NCBI GenBank assembly: GCA_963752255.1 | Contig: CAVVXT010000019.1 | Span: 416,001 to 480,000 of the forward strand | Length of the DNA: 64,000 bases | Direction: 5' to 3' | From: Nitrososphaeria archaeon | GTDB lineage: Archaea > Thermoproteota > Nitrososphaeria > JACIWG01 | The notes under the pieces: generated by a model | Told to the model about the DNA's origin: nothing | Databases searched by the model: none | What the model saw: the letters and a program-made list of their open reading frames with translations, nothing else | Program-made: the position numbers and the translations under genes | Shown here: one piece after another, positions 31,515 to 41,997 of the stretch | Layout of the letters: every line of letters starts with the position of its first letter | Numbering within the stretch: position 1 is the first letter of the stretch

Positions 31515-32234
31515 ATGAGGCGACTTTACCTCACAATAATAATTGTTTCAATCATCTTAGCTTCTGCATTTCTTGGATATCTGTTTTTCGCTCCAGTAAC
31601 TTTTAAGCAAGAATTTATCGGAGGAAAGTATAACGCGACAATAATCATCGAAGGTTTAGATGATCAAGGTTTTATAGGCGGCGAAATCGTTTACACCCAA
31701 AATGGAACGGTGCATCGAGGGTTCTATTCTTCTTCCCTAAACAGTTCTTTACTGTGGATAGAAGCGAATACTTCGGAAGATGCCGTTTTTCTCAATTGGT
31801 GGGATTATGGCCATATGATCGTTGGTTTTACCTGCAGAGGGACAATAATCAGAAACCCTTCAAAAGAGGCACTCTCTTCTGTAAGTGACCCGGACAAAAT
31901 TACTGAATTCGACTCAAATGAAACATTGGTCGACGTAGCAAAAGCTCTGACAGCCACTGACCCAAATTTGACGAAGTCCATAATGGACAAGTACAATGCT
32001 TCGTACATTCTTATAACAACAGAGGATGGGGGCGAAAAGGCTCCCTGGATATATCAATTTGCTGGCTTTAACCAAACCCAATATGTTCAGCCTTCATCGT
32101 TAACATTTAATCCACAAGACTACACGGATTTAGGACAGCAGACGATGATTTTTAGGCTCTTAAACGGTACAAGTATAGGAGGCTTTACTCAAGTGTATTC
32201 TGACGACAATGTTAAAATCTTCAAACTAAATTAA
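31515..32234 (+). CDS. Stand-alone AglB/STT3 C-terminal-domain protein with a single N-terminal anchor
   Basis: WIEANTSEDAVFLNWWDYGHMI (WWDYG motif), KYNASYILI and VKIFKL; lacks the multi-TM N-terminal half. Confidence 0.75.
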   Translation: MRRLYLTIIIVSIILASAFLGYLFFAPVTFKQEFIGGKYNATIIIEGLDDQGFIGGEIVYTQNGTVHRGFYSSSLNSSLLWIEANTSEDAVFLNWWDYGHMIVGFTCRGTIIRNPSKEALSSVSDPDKITEFDSNETLVDVAKALTATDPNLTKSIMDKYNASYILITTEDGGEKAPWIYQFAGFNQTQYVQPSSLTFNPQDYTDLGQQTMIFRLLNGTSIGGFTQVYSDDNVKIFKLN

Positions 32235-32473
32235 GTATCCAGTTTCTAATGTTAATTCAAAAATTTTTGCAAAACGTGAAAAGGACGATAATAATGTTAA
32301 GTAAAATATGTATGATAAACCTGAAATCGAAAAAATATCAAAATCTCTCTTCGGACATTAAACCAATGTTTGCGCGTATTGCTGTTATCCAGATCTTCAT
32401 CTTAAGATTAAGAACTTATATTCCATCTGGAAATACAGAAATGATAGGTTCGTAGAAGTTGCACTTCCTCGAA

Positions 32474-34468
32474 TTAATATTGATGCTGCCATAGTTTATG
32501 GTAGGTTTCCGGTTCTTGCCAACTCATCAGAAACGTCTTTTGAGACCTATAAGACTCTAGTTTATCTTTGGTAGGCCATCCTTTTGCCTTGTCCCATCCT
32601 CTCCTTTCATAGTAATTGTCCAGTAACGTACCGAATTTAGCTTGGTCGAGTGTTTGAATTTCATCGGCATGCACAGATTTTTGCTCCTTAAAGTATCTAA
32701 TGACGCTTTCGTCGTCAGTTCTTGTCCTTCCTTGTCTGACATGGAGCGATCTCAGGACGTTTATGCATCTTTCCGCTGAATTTAGCATGTCATCGAGAGT
32801 ATAATTTTGTCCTGTTACTGCGTTGAATAATCTTACTTCCGCTTCGTAGTCTCCTACTTTATCTGGTGTCGCTGTTGACCATGTCATGGGGAACATCCAG
32901 TCACACACCGGAAGACTTGTCTTCATCATACTTCTGTGCTGGTGATATATTACAACAATTTCCTTGTCCTTATAACCTAGGTCAGCGTCATTCTTCCATC
33001 CTGTGAAAGCATCTTCCGTACCATATACCTTCTCACCTATCACCTTAAGCTGCTCATACGATATGGGTCCTCCACTCCATTCTCTGACTGCGTTGAAGTA
33101 GTTCTCGACACAGCAGTGTGTCGAATTGTTAGGATATCTCCCCCACGTACTCCATAGAAGAGCAGCTATCACCCAAAGTGGATAGTTGATCATATGCAGG
33201 TACCTTCCATCCCAGTGTGGACCGTAGCCGTGCTTGTGAGTCTTCCATGCTTCATCTTGGATACCTAGCTTTTCCTCTGCTCTAGGGGACCCTTCTGCAA
33301 ATATATCTCCATCTCCGTCTCTGTAGGCTATTGCCTTGATAAATTTGGCAGCTAGCTCCGGTGGAAGGCCCACTGAGAACGGATTTTTGTTCAAGCTCAG
33401 CTTTTCTCCCATTAATTCAGAAAGCTTACCATCGTTGTAGCAGTTCTGAATAAACCAGCCCATTCCTGCAAAGAGCTCCCAATGGTTTATCCCGAGATAT
33501 TCAGCTAATTTGTTGAATTCAAAAGCTTCTTCATTATCGTTCTGGATATTGCCAACAAGGTTAGACGCATTACGGCCAATACAGTGCATATCGCCGGATA
33601 TCATACCAGTGCCAGTCCAACGTTGCTGAACGTCTTCATAATAATCAGGAAAAGAATCAGTGACACTCATGCACTCACCACAGCCTGTACAACCACTGTG
33701 CTTCCTAACGGTATACGTAGAATTGGTTTCTGATAATGGTCTCCTCATGAATGTTCCTTTAGGAGTTCCGTTTGCAAATTCAGCGGTGATCTTCTTCACC
33801 TCGTCTATTAGGACGTCTGGTTCGGCCACTCCAATCCTCTGATTGCCTTTGACTACTATAGCCTTTAGTTTCTTTGATCCCATAACTGCTCCGAACCCAC
33901 CTTGTCCAGAAGCATTCTCTGTTTTAGTTGTTATTATAGAAATTCTTACAAGATTTTCGCCAGCAGGCCCAATCGTCGCTATAGCAGAATCGAGGCCGTG
34001 TTTTTGGAGAAGTAATTGCTCGGCTTTTATGGTGTATAGTCCCCATATATATGAGGCATCAATTATTTCTGCAGTACCATCTTCCACATAGATGTATTTT
34101 GGCGCATTCGACCTGCCAACTATTAGTATCGCGTCATACCCTGAAAACTTCAATTTTGTAGCAAAGTCGCCTCCAAAGCCTGAGTCAGTGACCCAAGCAA
34201 CAGGATAGCTCTGAGGGGCGAGTCCAGCAACCTCACTTCTTCCAGCGGCGGGCGAAGGAGTTCCCGCAAGGGGACCTGTAGCAAGAACTAACGGCGCTTC
34301 TGGATCAAATTCACTCGGGAACTGTTTACCTGCAGTTTCATCCCATATCAGCTTTAATGCAAGACCATACCCGCCAATAAAGTCAGGGACATATTTACCA
34401 GTGCTGATTTCGCTTATGTCCCCGGAAGACAGGTCTATCCTCAGAACTTTGCCCATCCAGCCGTACAT
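32474..34468 (-). CDS. Tungsten-dependent aldehyde ferredoxin oxidoreductase family (C-terminus probably frameshifted; natural stop near 32496)
   Basis: YGWMGKVLRIDLS, IGPAGENLV, GGFGAVMGSKKLKAI and YYERRGWD..GWP motifs. Confidence 0.92.
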   Translation of the reverse strand: MYGWMGKVLRIDLSSGDISEISTGKYVPDFIGGYGLALKLIWDETAGKQFPSEFDPEAPLVLATGPLAGTPSPAAGRSEVAGLAPQSYPVAWVTDSGFGGDFATKLKFSGYDAILIVGRSNAPKYIYVEDGTAEIIDASYIWGLYTIKAEQLLLQKHGLDSAIATIGPAGENLVRISIITTKTENASGQGGFGAVMGSKKLKAIVVKGNQRIGVAEPDVLIDEVKKITAEFANGTPKGTFMRRPLSETNSTYTVRKHSGCTGCGECMSVTDSFPDYYEDVQQRWTGTGMISGDMHCIGRNASNLVGNIQNDNEEAFEFNKLAEYLGINHWELFAGMGWFIQNCYNDGKLSELMGEKLSLNKNPFSVGLPPELAAKFIKAIAYRDGDGDIFAEGSPRAEEKLGIQDEAWKTHKHGYGPHWDGRYLHMINYPLWVIAALLWSTWGRYPNNSTHCCVENYFNAVREWSGGPISYEQLKVIGEKVYGTEDAFTGWKNDADLGYKDKEIVVIYHQHRSMMKTSLPVCDWMFPMTWSTATPDKVGDYEAEVRLFNAVTGQNYTLDDMLNSAERCINVLRSLHVRQGRTRTDDESVIRYFKEQKSVHADEIQTLDQAKFGTLLDNYYERRGWDKAKGWPTKDKLESYRSQKTFLMSWQEPETYHKLWQHQY

Positions 34469-34470
34469 TT

Positions 34471-35145
34471 CTACTGTCTATCCTCCTTCTTCACAAAACT
34501 GATAGCTTTGTCACCGCTTACATTTGAGCATACTTCTACGCAGGCTGGCCCGTTCGGCCTATCCATGCAAAGATCACATTTGATAGAAACCTTTCTTTCT
34601 GTATCAAAATTTATTCTCGGATGAGTATAGGGGCACGCTCTGATACATGATTGGCATCCAATGCAGTTATCATCGTTAATATACCTAGCGCCTGTTACCT
34701 CATCGATTGAAAGAGCTAGGTCTTTTTTTGGGCAAGCCCAGTAACATAGAGGGCTGTCACACTGCTTGCAGAACATTGGTTCGAATGTTTCCTCCCCCAC
34801 GAACTCTTCTGTCCACATTATTCCAGAGAGTTGAAACGATATGGCGCCACCGTGGACTGATGCGCATGCGAGCACACACCTTTGGCAGCCAACACATCTT
34901 TCGGGTGAATATTCTATCACCCCGGCCTTTAAGAACTTCTGTGAGGGAACTGTCGAAGTTTCCGTGCTAATTGTTGTAGCAGTTACCGTCGTCGTAGCCA
35001 TCGCAGTTGTTGTGGTTGTAGATGCTGGAGGAGTCATGACTTTGGCTACACCAGCTGTAGCAGCGATACCAACAGCCGCTCCGACACCAAGACTTTTGAT
35101 AAAATTTCTTCTAGATGGTTTCTTTCCCTCCTCTTGCTCAGTCAT
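34471..35145 (-). CDS. 4Fe-4S dicluster protein (DmsB/NrfC-like) with Tat signal and Thr-rich linker
   Basis: SRRNFIK twin-arginine motif; CVGCQRCVLAC, CKQCDSPLCYWACP, CIGCQSCIRACP and KCDLC...PACVEVC. Confidence 0.9.
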   Translation of the reverse strand: MTEQEEGKKPSRRNFIKSLGVGAAVGIAATAGVAKVMTPPASTTTTTAMATTTVTATTISTETSTVPSQKFLKAGVIEYSPERCVGCQRCVLACASVHGGAISFQLSGIMWTEEFVGEETFEPMFCKQCDSPLCYWACPKKDLALSIDEVTGARYINDDNCIGCQSCIRACPYTHPRINFDTERKVSIKCDLCMDRPNGPACVEVCSNVSGDKAISFVKKEDRQ

Positions 35146-35232
35146 GCCAATATCTTGTTTAGGTTTCAGACATACCTCTTAAAAGTATATCGGAAGGCCT
35201 ATCTTTAAACGAATGCGAGTTAAAGGATTAAA

Positions 35233-35883
35233 TCAGAAATCTGTACGAATTCTCGAAGGATGGGTATAGACACTCAGATATTGTCGTTTAACACAGACTA
35301 GTGTTATATGCATTTCTTTCGCCGAATCTATACCGGATTGAAGTGGAGCGACAAGCGAAACAACGATGACTACACCCACTTTTGATGCCTTCGATATTGT
35401 ACTCCTCTGTTGCCTACAAGAGGCGAACAGGATACATGTGGATAAGTCGACTTTTTTCAGTAACCCTTCACCTAAAGCCTTGTCTATTGCATTATGCCTG
35501 CCAACGTCTTCCACAAATGATACGATTTCGCCGTCGATCTTAACCAGAGCTGCAAAATGAGTGCCATGAGTTGCCTGGTAAACTTTTCCTTTTTTACTGA
35601 GCTCATTCGCAATTCTAGCTATTTCTTTAGCTTCAACCATCATCATCGAATCCGTAGATGCACTCGAAGAATATCTGGTTCGCTCAGTACGAACTTTAAT
35701 CAGTCTGACATCAGCTCGAGATCTGTTCACCAAAACTTTTTTTATTTCGTCAATCTTTTCAATCATGCCTTCAGCCATAATATGACCAAAAACAAACGCC
35801 TTCTTCTTCCCAGGGGTGATCATTGTAGAAAAAATGTGTTTGCCATTTACATAGATTGAAAAGGGTTTTTCAACGGCTATCAT
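35233..35883 (-). CDS. fdhD: Formate dehydrogenase accessory sulfurtransferase FdhD-like (true start probably near 35965)
   Basis: THGTHFAAL and EDVGRHNAIDKALG motifs; YTHPSRI at the C-terminus. Confidence 0.85.
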   Translation of the reverse strand: MIAVEKPFSIYVNGKHIFSTMITPGKKKAFVFGHIMAEGMIEKIDEIKKVLVNRSRADVRLIKVRTERTRYSSSASTDSMMMVEAKEIARIANELSKKGKVYQATHGTHFAALVKIDGEIVSFVEDVGRHNAIDKALGEGLLKKVDLSTCILFASCRQQRSTISKASKVGVVIVVSLVAPLQSGIDSAKEMHITLVCVKRQYLSVYTHPSRIRTDF

Positions 35884-36208
35884 TTCATATGTAGTACGAA
35901 CTTTCTTCTTTTTAAGGTCAATTCTTAGAACCTGTTTCTTGAAAGTTGTTGATGACGTAAAACATCACATGCCTTTTAATGTTGAAGGCATGCTACTATA
36001 ATTAAACCTTTAATTGGATTAACCGAACATAGTTTATCGAATAACTAGAGAACAAATGAAATTTTGATATTAATTTAATGGCTTGGTATACTTTCCAGTA
36101 TTATTAATACTGGTCCTACCTAAAATTCTATATCTATATATTACATTATGTAACTTAAAATAAAAGTGTAGGATAGATAGCTTCTAGTCTAGCCTTATGT
36201 TGCGTGTT

Positions 36209-37420
36209 CTATTTTGGTACATCGGAGTTTTCGGGTCCGAAGTGTTTGAGGATAACAAGATTCTCCTTACTGCTTTTGTTCTCTATCTTGATGCCATCCT
36301 TTGCGGCTCCGATTGTAACAAACAGTTCATCGTTTGTCATTTCTCCATATCTTATCATTGTGGGAGACTCTACTTCAAAACCCCCAAATGTTCCATGCCC
36401 CTGCACGACGATCAGTCCATAGGCTGCGCTGTCCTTGATCTTAACGGACTTCATCGGTAGAACGGTGAGTTCCTTTGCAGAAAAAAGCTCTGTGCCGTAT
36501 GTAACCCAATTTTCTAAATAGCCTTCTTCCTGCATTTCCCTTGTATTTCTAACCGGTTTTGGCTCTACATAGTGATGTTCCTTGAAATTCTGATCGAGGT
36601 TGACCTCCCAGTCGATCAAGTCTATGACATAATCTAGATCCTTCTGATGATCTATTGGCACATCCTTTATCACATTGTTCCATGGAACCAGCATGTCTTC
36701 AACCTTCGACTGATACATGGAAGCCACATCTGACCCCCACTGAGGCTCATAGGTCACCAAGGTTCCTGGCGCGTGCAGTATGCCTGCTGGAATCACCCAT
36801 CCAGTTCCCGGAGTTATCGTATAAGCTCTCGAATAATTTAGTACACCATTGTCACCCTTATTCCACCTCTGAAGACATCTTTTAATGTCCGCTTTTGTCG
36901 TGCCAGGATTTAGTCCGAAGAACGTGTACGGAAAACGGCCGGGTATAGCATTCAACTGTGGTGGAAAGTAGTATGCTTCAGGTTTCGGCTGTCTACCCAC
37001 CTTTAGAGCATGCTCTTCTCTTAAATGTAAATGGAAAGGTATCGCGTACAGGTAGTCGTAGAACTTTGAAAAGATAGGCCAGCCCTTATACTTCCTAAAC
37101 ATCGCTTTTCCAATGAAAGTCTCGCCATCGAAGCCGACGGCGTCCTTAAACAGAATCTTATTAAACGCTGATCCTTCTTTAATTACGATGTAGCTCATGC
37201 CTTCGTCTTCAGGCGTTCCAGGCCCATTGTCTGCCCTTGCTGCGGAAGCGAACCATCTTTCACAGAAGCCGCCTCTTCCAACGCCTAAGGCGAAGAGGTC
37301 TTGGGGCGCAAGCTTCATTCTTCCTCCTGGTGGTGATGTTCTGGGGACCCACGCCGGCGCCAACCTTACAATTCCTGCTCCTTCTTCAAGAGCCTTTTTG
37401 ACAAATTTTTCTTTGCTCAT
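36209..37420 (-). CDS. Cupin-fold protein, mannose-6-phosphate isomerase-like
   Basis: PFHLH, KPEAYYFP and PAGILHAPG..YEPQ..SD cupin motifs. Confidence 0.7.
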   Translation of the reverse strand: MSKEKFVKKALEEGAGIVRLAPAWVPRTSPPGGRMKLAPQDLFALGVGRGGFCERWFASAARADNGPGTPEDEGMSYIVIKEGSAFNKILFKDAVGFDGETFIGKAMFRKYKGWPIFSKFYDYLYAIPFHLHLREEHALKVGRQPKPEAYYFPPQLNAIPGRFPYTFFGLNPGTTKADIKRCLQRWNKGDNGVLNYSRAYTITPGTGWVIPAGILHAPGTLVTYEPQWGSDVASMYQSKVEDMLVPWNNVIKDVPIDHQKDLDYVIDLIDWEVNLDQNFKEHHYVEPKPVRNTREMQEEGYLENWVTYGTELFSAKELTVLPMKSVKIKDSAAYGLIVVQGHGTFGGFEVESPTMIRYGEMTNDELFVTIGAAKDGIKIENKSSKENLVILKHFGPENSDVPK

Positions 37421-37645
37421 AATCGTCTCAATATCTTTGGAGCCATGAAGAATATAAGGATTTATCTTATTACGCAGGCTTCTACGATGTAGAATGTTTG
37501 CATAAACGATGACGGAACATTTTGAAGCCGTTTTAACAGATCGAAATAGAAAGCGCTTAAACTTCTCAGTCCTTACTATTTTTTAATGTCAATCTCTCAG
37601 TTATCAAGGTAAAACTTTTTAGAAGTAAAACCCGAGCTTTTCTCC

Positions 37646-38395
37646 ATGGCGTACCATAGAACCAACTATCAGAAAATTGAATCAAAAGCTTCCAAAAATG
37701 GTATCGTTATATTTATAGATCTTGATGGCACCCTAATGAAATTCCCTTTCAAACGCAAGGTCTTACCCTTTGTACTTCAAGAGTTTTCTAAAAGGACTAA
37801 GACAAGTTCAGAGAAAATAAGGAGCATTATGATTAAGGAAGAAATTATGAGGGAAAGAAACCTGAGCGACAAACGGTACGATTGGGATGATATAGTTAAA
37901 AAGGTCGCCCAAAGGCTTGGAACAAGCTGGAGTTTAGACTTAGGCAAGCTCGCAGAGGAGTTGACTCTATCAAACGGCTTTTTATTTCCCCGTGCAAAAC
38001 AGACGCTTAGGACACTCAAGAAGATGGGATATGTTCTATGCGCGGCAACAAACGGCTTCTTCAAGTACCAGAATCCCATTATGGAGAAACTCGATTTAAA
38101 AAAGTATTTTGACTATATATTAACACCCGAGCCGACTTGTTATTATAAGAATGAGATTGAATATTTCAGACCCTTCATTTCCAAGGGAATGCAGTCGGTC
38201 ATGGTTGGAGACGAGTATGTCTACGATGTTTATTATCCCAAGAGATTCGGCCTAAAAGCTATACTGCTGCGGAATCCTCAGAATTATAAATGGAATACTG
38301 AAGCAGCTGCTCCGGCAGACAGTGATAAAGTAAAACCGGATGCAGTAATCAATGATATCTCCGAACTACCTGCAGCATTAGAATCAATAGTGTAA
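37646..38395 (+). CDS. HAD-family hydrolase
   Basis: DLDGTL, TNG and MVGD...D motifs. Confidence 0.88.
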   Translation: MAYHRTNYQKIESKASKNGIVIFIDLDGTLMKFPFKRKVLPFVLQEFSKRTKTSSEKIRSIMIKEEIMRERNLSDKRYDWDDIVKKVAQRLGTSWSLDLGKLAEELTLSNGFLFPRAKQTLRTLKKMGYVLCAATNGFFKYQNPIMEKLDLKKYFDYILTPEPTCYYKNEIEYFRPFISKGMQSVMVGDEYVYDVYYPKRFGLKAILLRNPQNYKWNTEAAAPADSDKVKPDAVINDISELPAALESIV

Positions 38396-38530
38396 CGCTC
38401 AGCTCCATATGGCGACTTGCAGAAATCTTTGACTAGGGTATCAAATTTCGCATCTTTAGAATCTGATTATATACAGAAAGTTTTAATTATCTTTGTGAAT
38501 ATGATACTTGATATAAGGTAAGGTTCGAAA

Positions 38531-39422
38531 ATGGAAACTAAAATTGGATTCATAGGTTTAGGGTTAATGGGAAAACCAATGGCAACAAACTTGATCAAAG
38601 CAGGCTACTCATTGACGGTTTGGAACAGAACTTTTCAAAAATGGATGAAATCTTAGCTCTAAATGCTAAGGGAGCAGGTTCCCCTAAAGAGGTGGCCGAA
38701 AAAACTGATGTTGTAATAACGATGTTAACAGACTCCCCTGACGTAGAAGAGGTCATACTCGGCCCAAGCGGTGTGATAAGGGGGGTCAGAAATGGGGTTG
38801 TTGTCATAGACATGAGCACAATTTCTCCAAAGGTCACAAAAAAGGTAGCGGAAAGGTTGTTAGAAAAAGGTGTGGAAATGCTCGATGCCCCAGTTACTGG
38901 CGGTCAAATCGGGGCGATAAATGCTACGCTTTCTATTATGGTTGGAGGAAACGAAAAGGTCTTCCAAAAATGTCTTCCAATCCTCCAGGCTCTGGGAAAA
39001 AAAGTAACTTACATGGGTGCACATGGAAACGGCCAAATAGCTAAGCTCTGCAACCAGATAATGTGTGTTCTAAACATCCAAGGCGTATGTGAAGGACTTA
39101 TGTTAGGCGCTAAGGCGGGAATAGACCTTAACAAGCTGATCGAAGTATTGACAGGTGGCGCGGCAAACTCTTGGCAACTTGCAAACCAAGGTCCAAAGAT
39201 CGTAAAAGGGGACCTAGAACTAGGATTTAAGATGAAAACCCAGCAAAAGGACCTAAGACTAGTGCTTGAAACAGCCTCTGAACTTGATCTTCCACTGCCT
39301 GGAACGGCTTTAGTGAACCAGATCTTTAGGATCGCTGAAGCTGAAGGTCTAGGGAAAAGGGTACACAGGCAGCGATCAAATCAATGGAAAAGATTTCAGG
39401 GTACAGGATAACACCATCGTAA
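38531..39422 (+). CDS. 2-hydroxy-3-oxopropionate reductase / 3-hydroxyisobutyrate dehydrogenase family (two homopolymer frameshifts near 38632 and 39357)
   Basis: Upstream frame [21 protein letters not shown]...WNRT; [15 protein letters not shown] and AKLCNQ; corrected end [20 protein letters not shown]. Confidence 0.85.
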
Positions 39423-39546
39423 CCTGCAAACGGCATCCCATGATTCTGTGCAGAATGTTAACCTCCGCACTTACAAATTAATATCTGACCTTTTTCTAAA
39501 GGAGTGAAAAATATATATCTAAGTCACTTAGCGCTCTATTACTTGC

Positions 39547-40107
39547 GTGATAAATTTTATGAGTGATGAAAAGCAGGTGCCAGAAGAAACGAGTCACGAG
39601 ACAGAAAAGATAATTCAAGAACTTGAAGAAGAAAAGAAACTCTGCGGAGAATATCTAACGCGCCTTAAATATCTGCAAGCTGATTTTGATAACTACAGAA
39701 AGAGGGTTGAAAGACAACTTGAGGATATTAAAAGATACTCCAACGAACGCTTTGTAATTGAGATGCTCGAAGTAGTCGATGAGTTAGAAATAGCCGTCAA
39801 AGCTGGCCAAGATTCGAACTCCACGAAAGTATTGATCGAAGGGGTTGAGATGACTCTTAAAAAAATACAGAAGATTTTAATAAATGAGAACGTTAGGCCC
39901 GTAGAGTGTCTCGGAAAGCCTTTTGATCCATCCAAGTGCAACGCAATCGCTACAGTTGAGAAGGAAGACGTAGAGGAAGGCGTTGTTGTGGAGGAAATCA
40001 GAAAAGGATATATCATGAACGATAAGATAATAAGGCCGAGTATTGTTAAGGTAACAATTAAGCCAGGTGTAAAAAAAGATGAAATTAAAGGTGATTTAAA
40101 TGAGTAA
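39547..40107 (+). CDS. grpE: Nucleotide exchange factor GrpE
   Basis: [13 protein letters not shown] and KGY...IIRPSIV; first gene of grpE-dnaK-dnaJ. Confidence 0.95.
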   Translation: MINFMSDEKQVPEETSHETEKIIQELEEEKKLCGEYLTRLKYLQADFDNYRKRVERQLEDIKRYSNERFVIEMLEVVDELEIAVKAGQDSNSTKVLIEGVEMTLKKIQKILINENVRPVECLGKPFDPSKCNAIATVEKEDVEEGVVVEEIRKGYIMNDKIIRPSIVKVTIKPGVKKDEIKGDLNE

Positions 40108-41965
40108 AGTTCAGACAAGCGAAAAAGTTATTGGAATAGATTTGGGAACAACAAATTCAGCGGCAGCGACCTTCGAAGGCGGCAGAGCAACGGTGATTCC
40201 AAGCGTTGAAGGCCCTTCAGCTTCAGGAAAGATGTTTCCGTCTGTTGTGGCATTCACAAAAGACGGGCAACTTCTTGTAGGAGAGTCAGCTAAAAGACAG
40301 GCCACTGCAAACCCTGAGGGAACGATATTTGAGATAAAGAGAAAAATGGGTACAGACTATAAGGTTAGAATTTACGGAAAAGAGTACACGCCTCAACAGA
40401 TTTCTGCTTTTATACTGCAGAAGATAAAGAGGGACACGGAAACATTCCTAGGAATGCCAGTAAAAAAGGCAGTCATCACAGTACCAGCCCACTTTAATGA
40501 CAACCAGAGACAGGCTACCAAAGATGCGGGGGAAATTGCAGGATTCGAAGTTCTCAGAATAATAAACGAGCCGACAGCAGCCTGCCTTGCATACGGTATC
40601 GACAAATTGGACAGAGATATGAAGATCTTAGTTTTTAGCTTCGGAGGCGGAACACACGATGTCACAGTAATGGACTTTGGAAAAGGCGTTTTCCAGGTTC
40701 TTTCCACAAGTGGGGATACTCAAACAGGCGGCACGGACATCGACCAGGCGTTGGTGGACTACGTAATTGAGGATTTCAAAAAACAGACGGGAGTCGATCT
40801 TAGATATGATAAAATGGCTGCTGCTCGACTTAAAGAAGCCTGTGAAAAGGCAAAGATAGAGCTGTCAACAATACTGAATACGGACATAGATCTGCCGTTT
40901 ATATATGCGGATTCATCAGGACCAAAGAACCTTCATATAACCATCTCAAGGGCCAAACTGGAGGAACTAGCCGATCCGATAGTCCAGAAGACAGGCCGAA
41001 CAATTACAAAGGCGCTTGACGACGCAAAATTAACATCGAAAGAAATAGACAAGATAATTCTCATAGGTGGAACTACCAGGATGCCGCTTGTGCAGAAATT
41101 TGTTGAAAAAGTGATCGGAAAAACTGTTGAGAGAGGCATTGACCCAATGGAGTGTGTAGCGGTTGGAGCAGCAATACAGGGCGCAGTGCTTTCAGGTGAA
41201 GTGAAAGATATCCTGCTTCTTGATGTCACCCCGCTTTCACTTGGTGTCGAAACCCTGGGAGGAGTTTTCAGCAAAATCATGGAAAAAAATACGACGATAC
41301 CTACCAAGAGAAGCCAGGTCTTTTCAACCGCTGCAGATTTCCAGACCGCTGTTACAATACATATCCTTCAGGGAGAAAGAGCGATGGCCGCCGATAATGT
41401 ATCTCTTGGAATGTTCAATCTTGAAGGAATAGCTCCTGCACCAAGGGGGGTGCCTCAGATAGAAGTAACATTTGACATAGATGCGAATGGGATACTCAAC
41501 GTTACCGCAAAGGACCTAGGAACTGGTAAAGAGGGGAAGATAACGATAACAGCTTCGACTAAACTTTCAAAGGAAACTAAGGAAAAGATGGTGAGAGAGG
41601 CTGAAGAGTTCGCCGAGCAGGACAAAAAGAAGAAGGAGGAAGTTGAAATAAGGAACGATTCCGAAGCTCTGATCTACACATCTGAAAAGACGAAGAAGGA
41701 TTTAGGGGAGAAGCTTAATCAACAGCAGAAGGATCAGATAGACAAAGCAGTTACCGAACTGAAAGAAGCTCTCGCAGGAAACGAAATTGATAAAATGAAA
41801 GAAAAGCAGGAGGGGCTAAGGAAGGTTCTGCAGGAAGTTGGGACAGTGATCTATCAACAGGCTGCTTCAGAATATGCAAAACAGCAGAAAGGACCTGAAG
41901 CGGGGACGCAAACTCAGGATAAAGATAAGGATAACACCGTTGACACAAGCTATACAGTAAAATAG
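40100..41965 (+). CDS. dnaK: Chaperone DnaK (Hsp70)
   Basis: [37 protein letters not shown] and [17 protein letters not shown]. Confidence 0.99.
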   Translation: MSKVQTSEKVIGIDLGTTNSAAATFEGGRATVIPSVEGPSASGKMFPSVVAFTKDGQLLVGESAKRQATANPEGTIFEIKRKMGTDYKVRIYGKEYTPQQISAFILQKIKRDTETFLGMPVKKAVITVPAHFNDNQRQATKDAGEIAGFEVLRIINEPTAACLAYGIDKLDRDMKILVFSFGGGTHDVTVMDFGKGVFQVLSTSGDTQTGGTDIDQALVDYVIEDFKKQTGVDLRYDKMAAARLKEACEKAKIELSTILNTDIDLPFIYADSSGPKNLHITISRAKLEELADPIVQKTGRTITKALDDAKLTSKEIDKIILIGGTTRMPLVQKFVEKVIGKTVERGIDPMECVAVGAAIQGAVLSGEVKDILLLDVTPLSLGVETLGGVFSKIMEKNTTIPTKRSQVFSTAADFQTAVTIHILQGERAMAADNVSLGMFNLEGIAPAPRGVPQIEVTFDIDANGILNVTAKDLGTGKEGKITITASTKLSKETKEKMVREAEEFAEQDKKKKEEVEIRNDSEALIYTSEKTKKDLGEKLNQQQKDQIDKAVTELKEALAGNEIDKMKEKQEGLRKVLQEVGTVIYQQAASEYAKQQKGPEAGTQTQDKDKDNTVDTSYTVK

Positions 41966-41997
41966 TTCTAGAACGTTAATAGTCCTAAGGCGGTGGC

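Noticed and set aside
36095-36113. Palindrome CCAGTATT-ATT-AATACTGG upstream of fdhD
   Set aside because: Single AT-rich occurrence; could be an operator or terminator but there is no supporting evidence.
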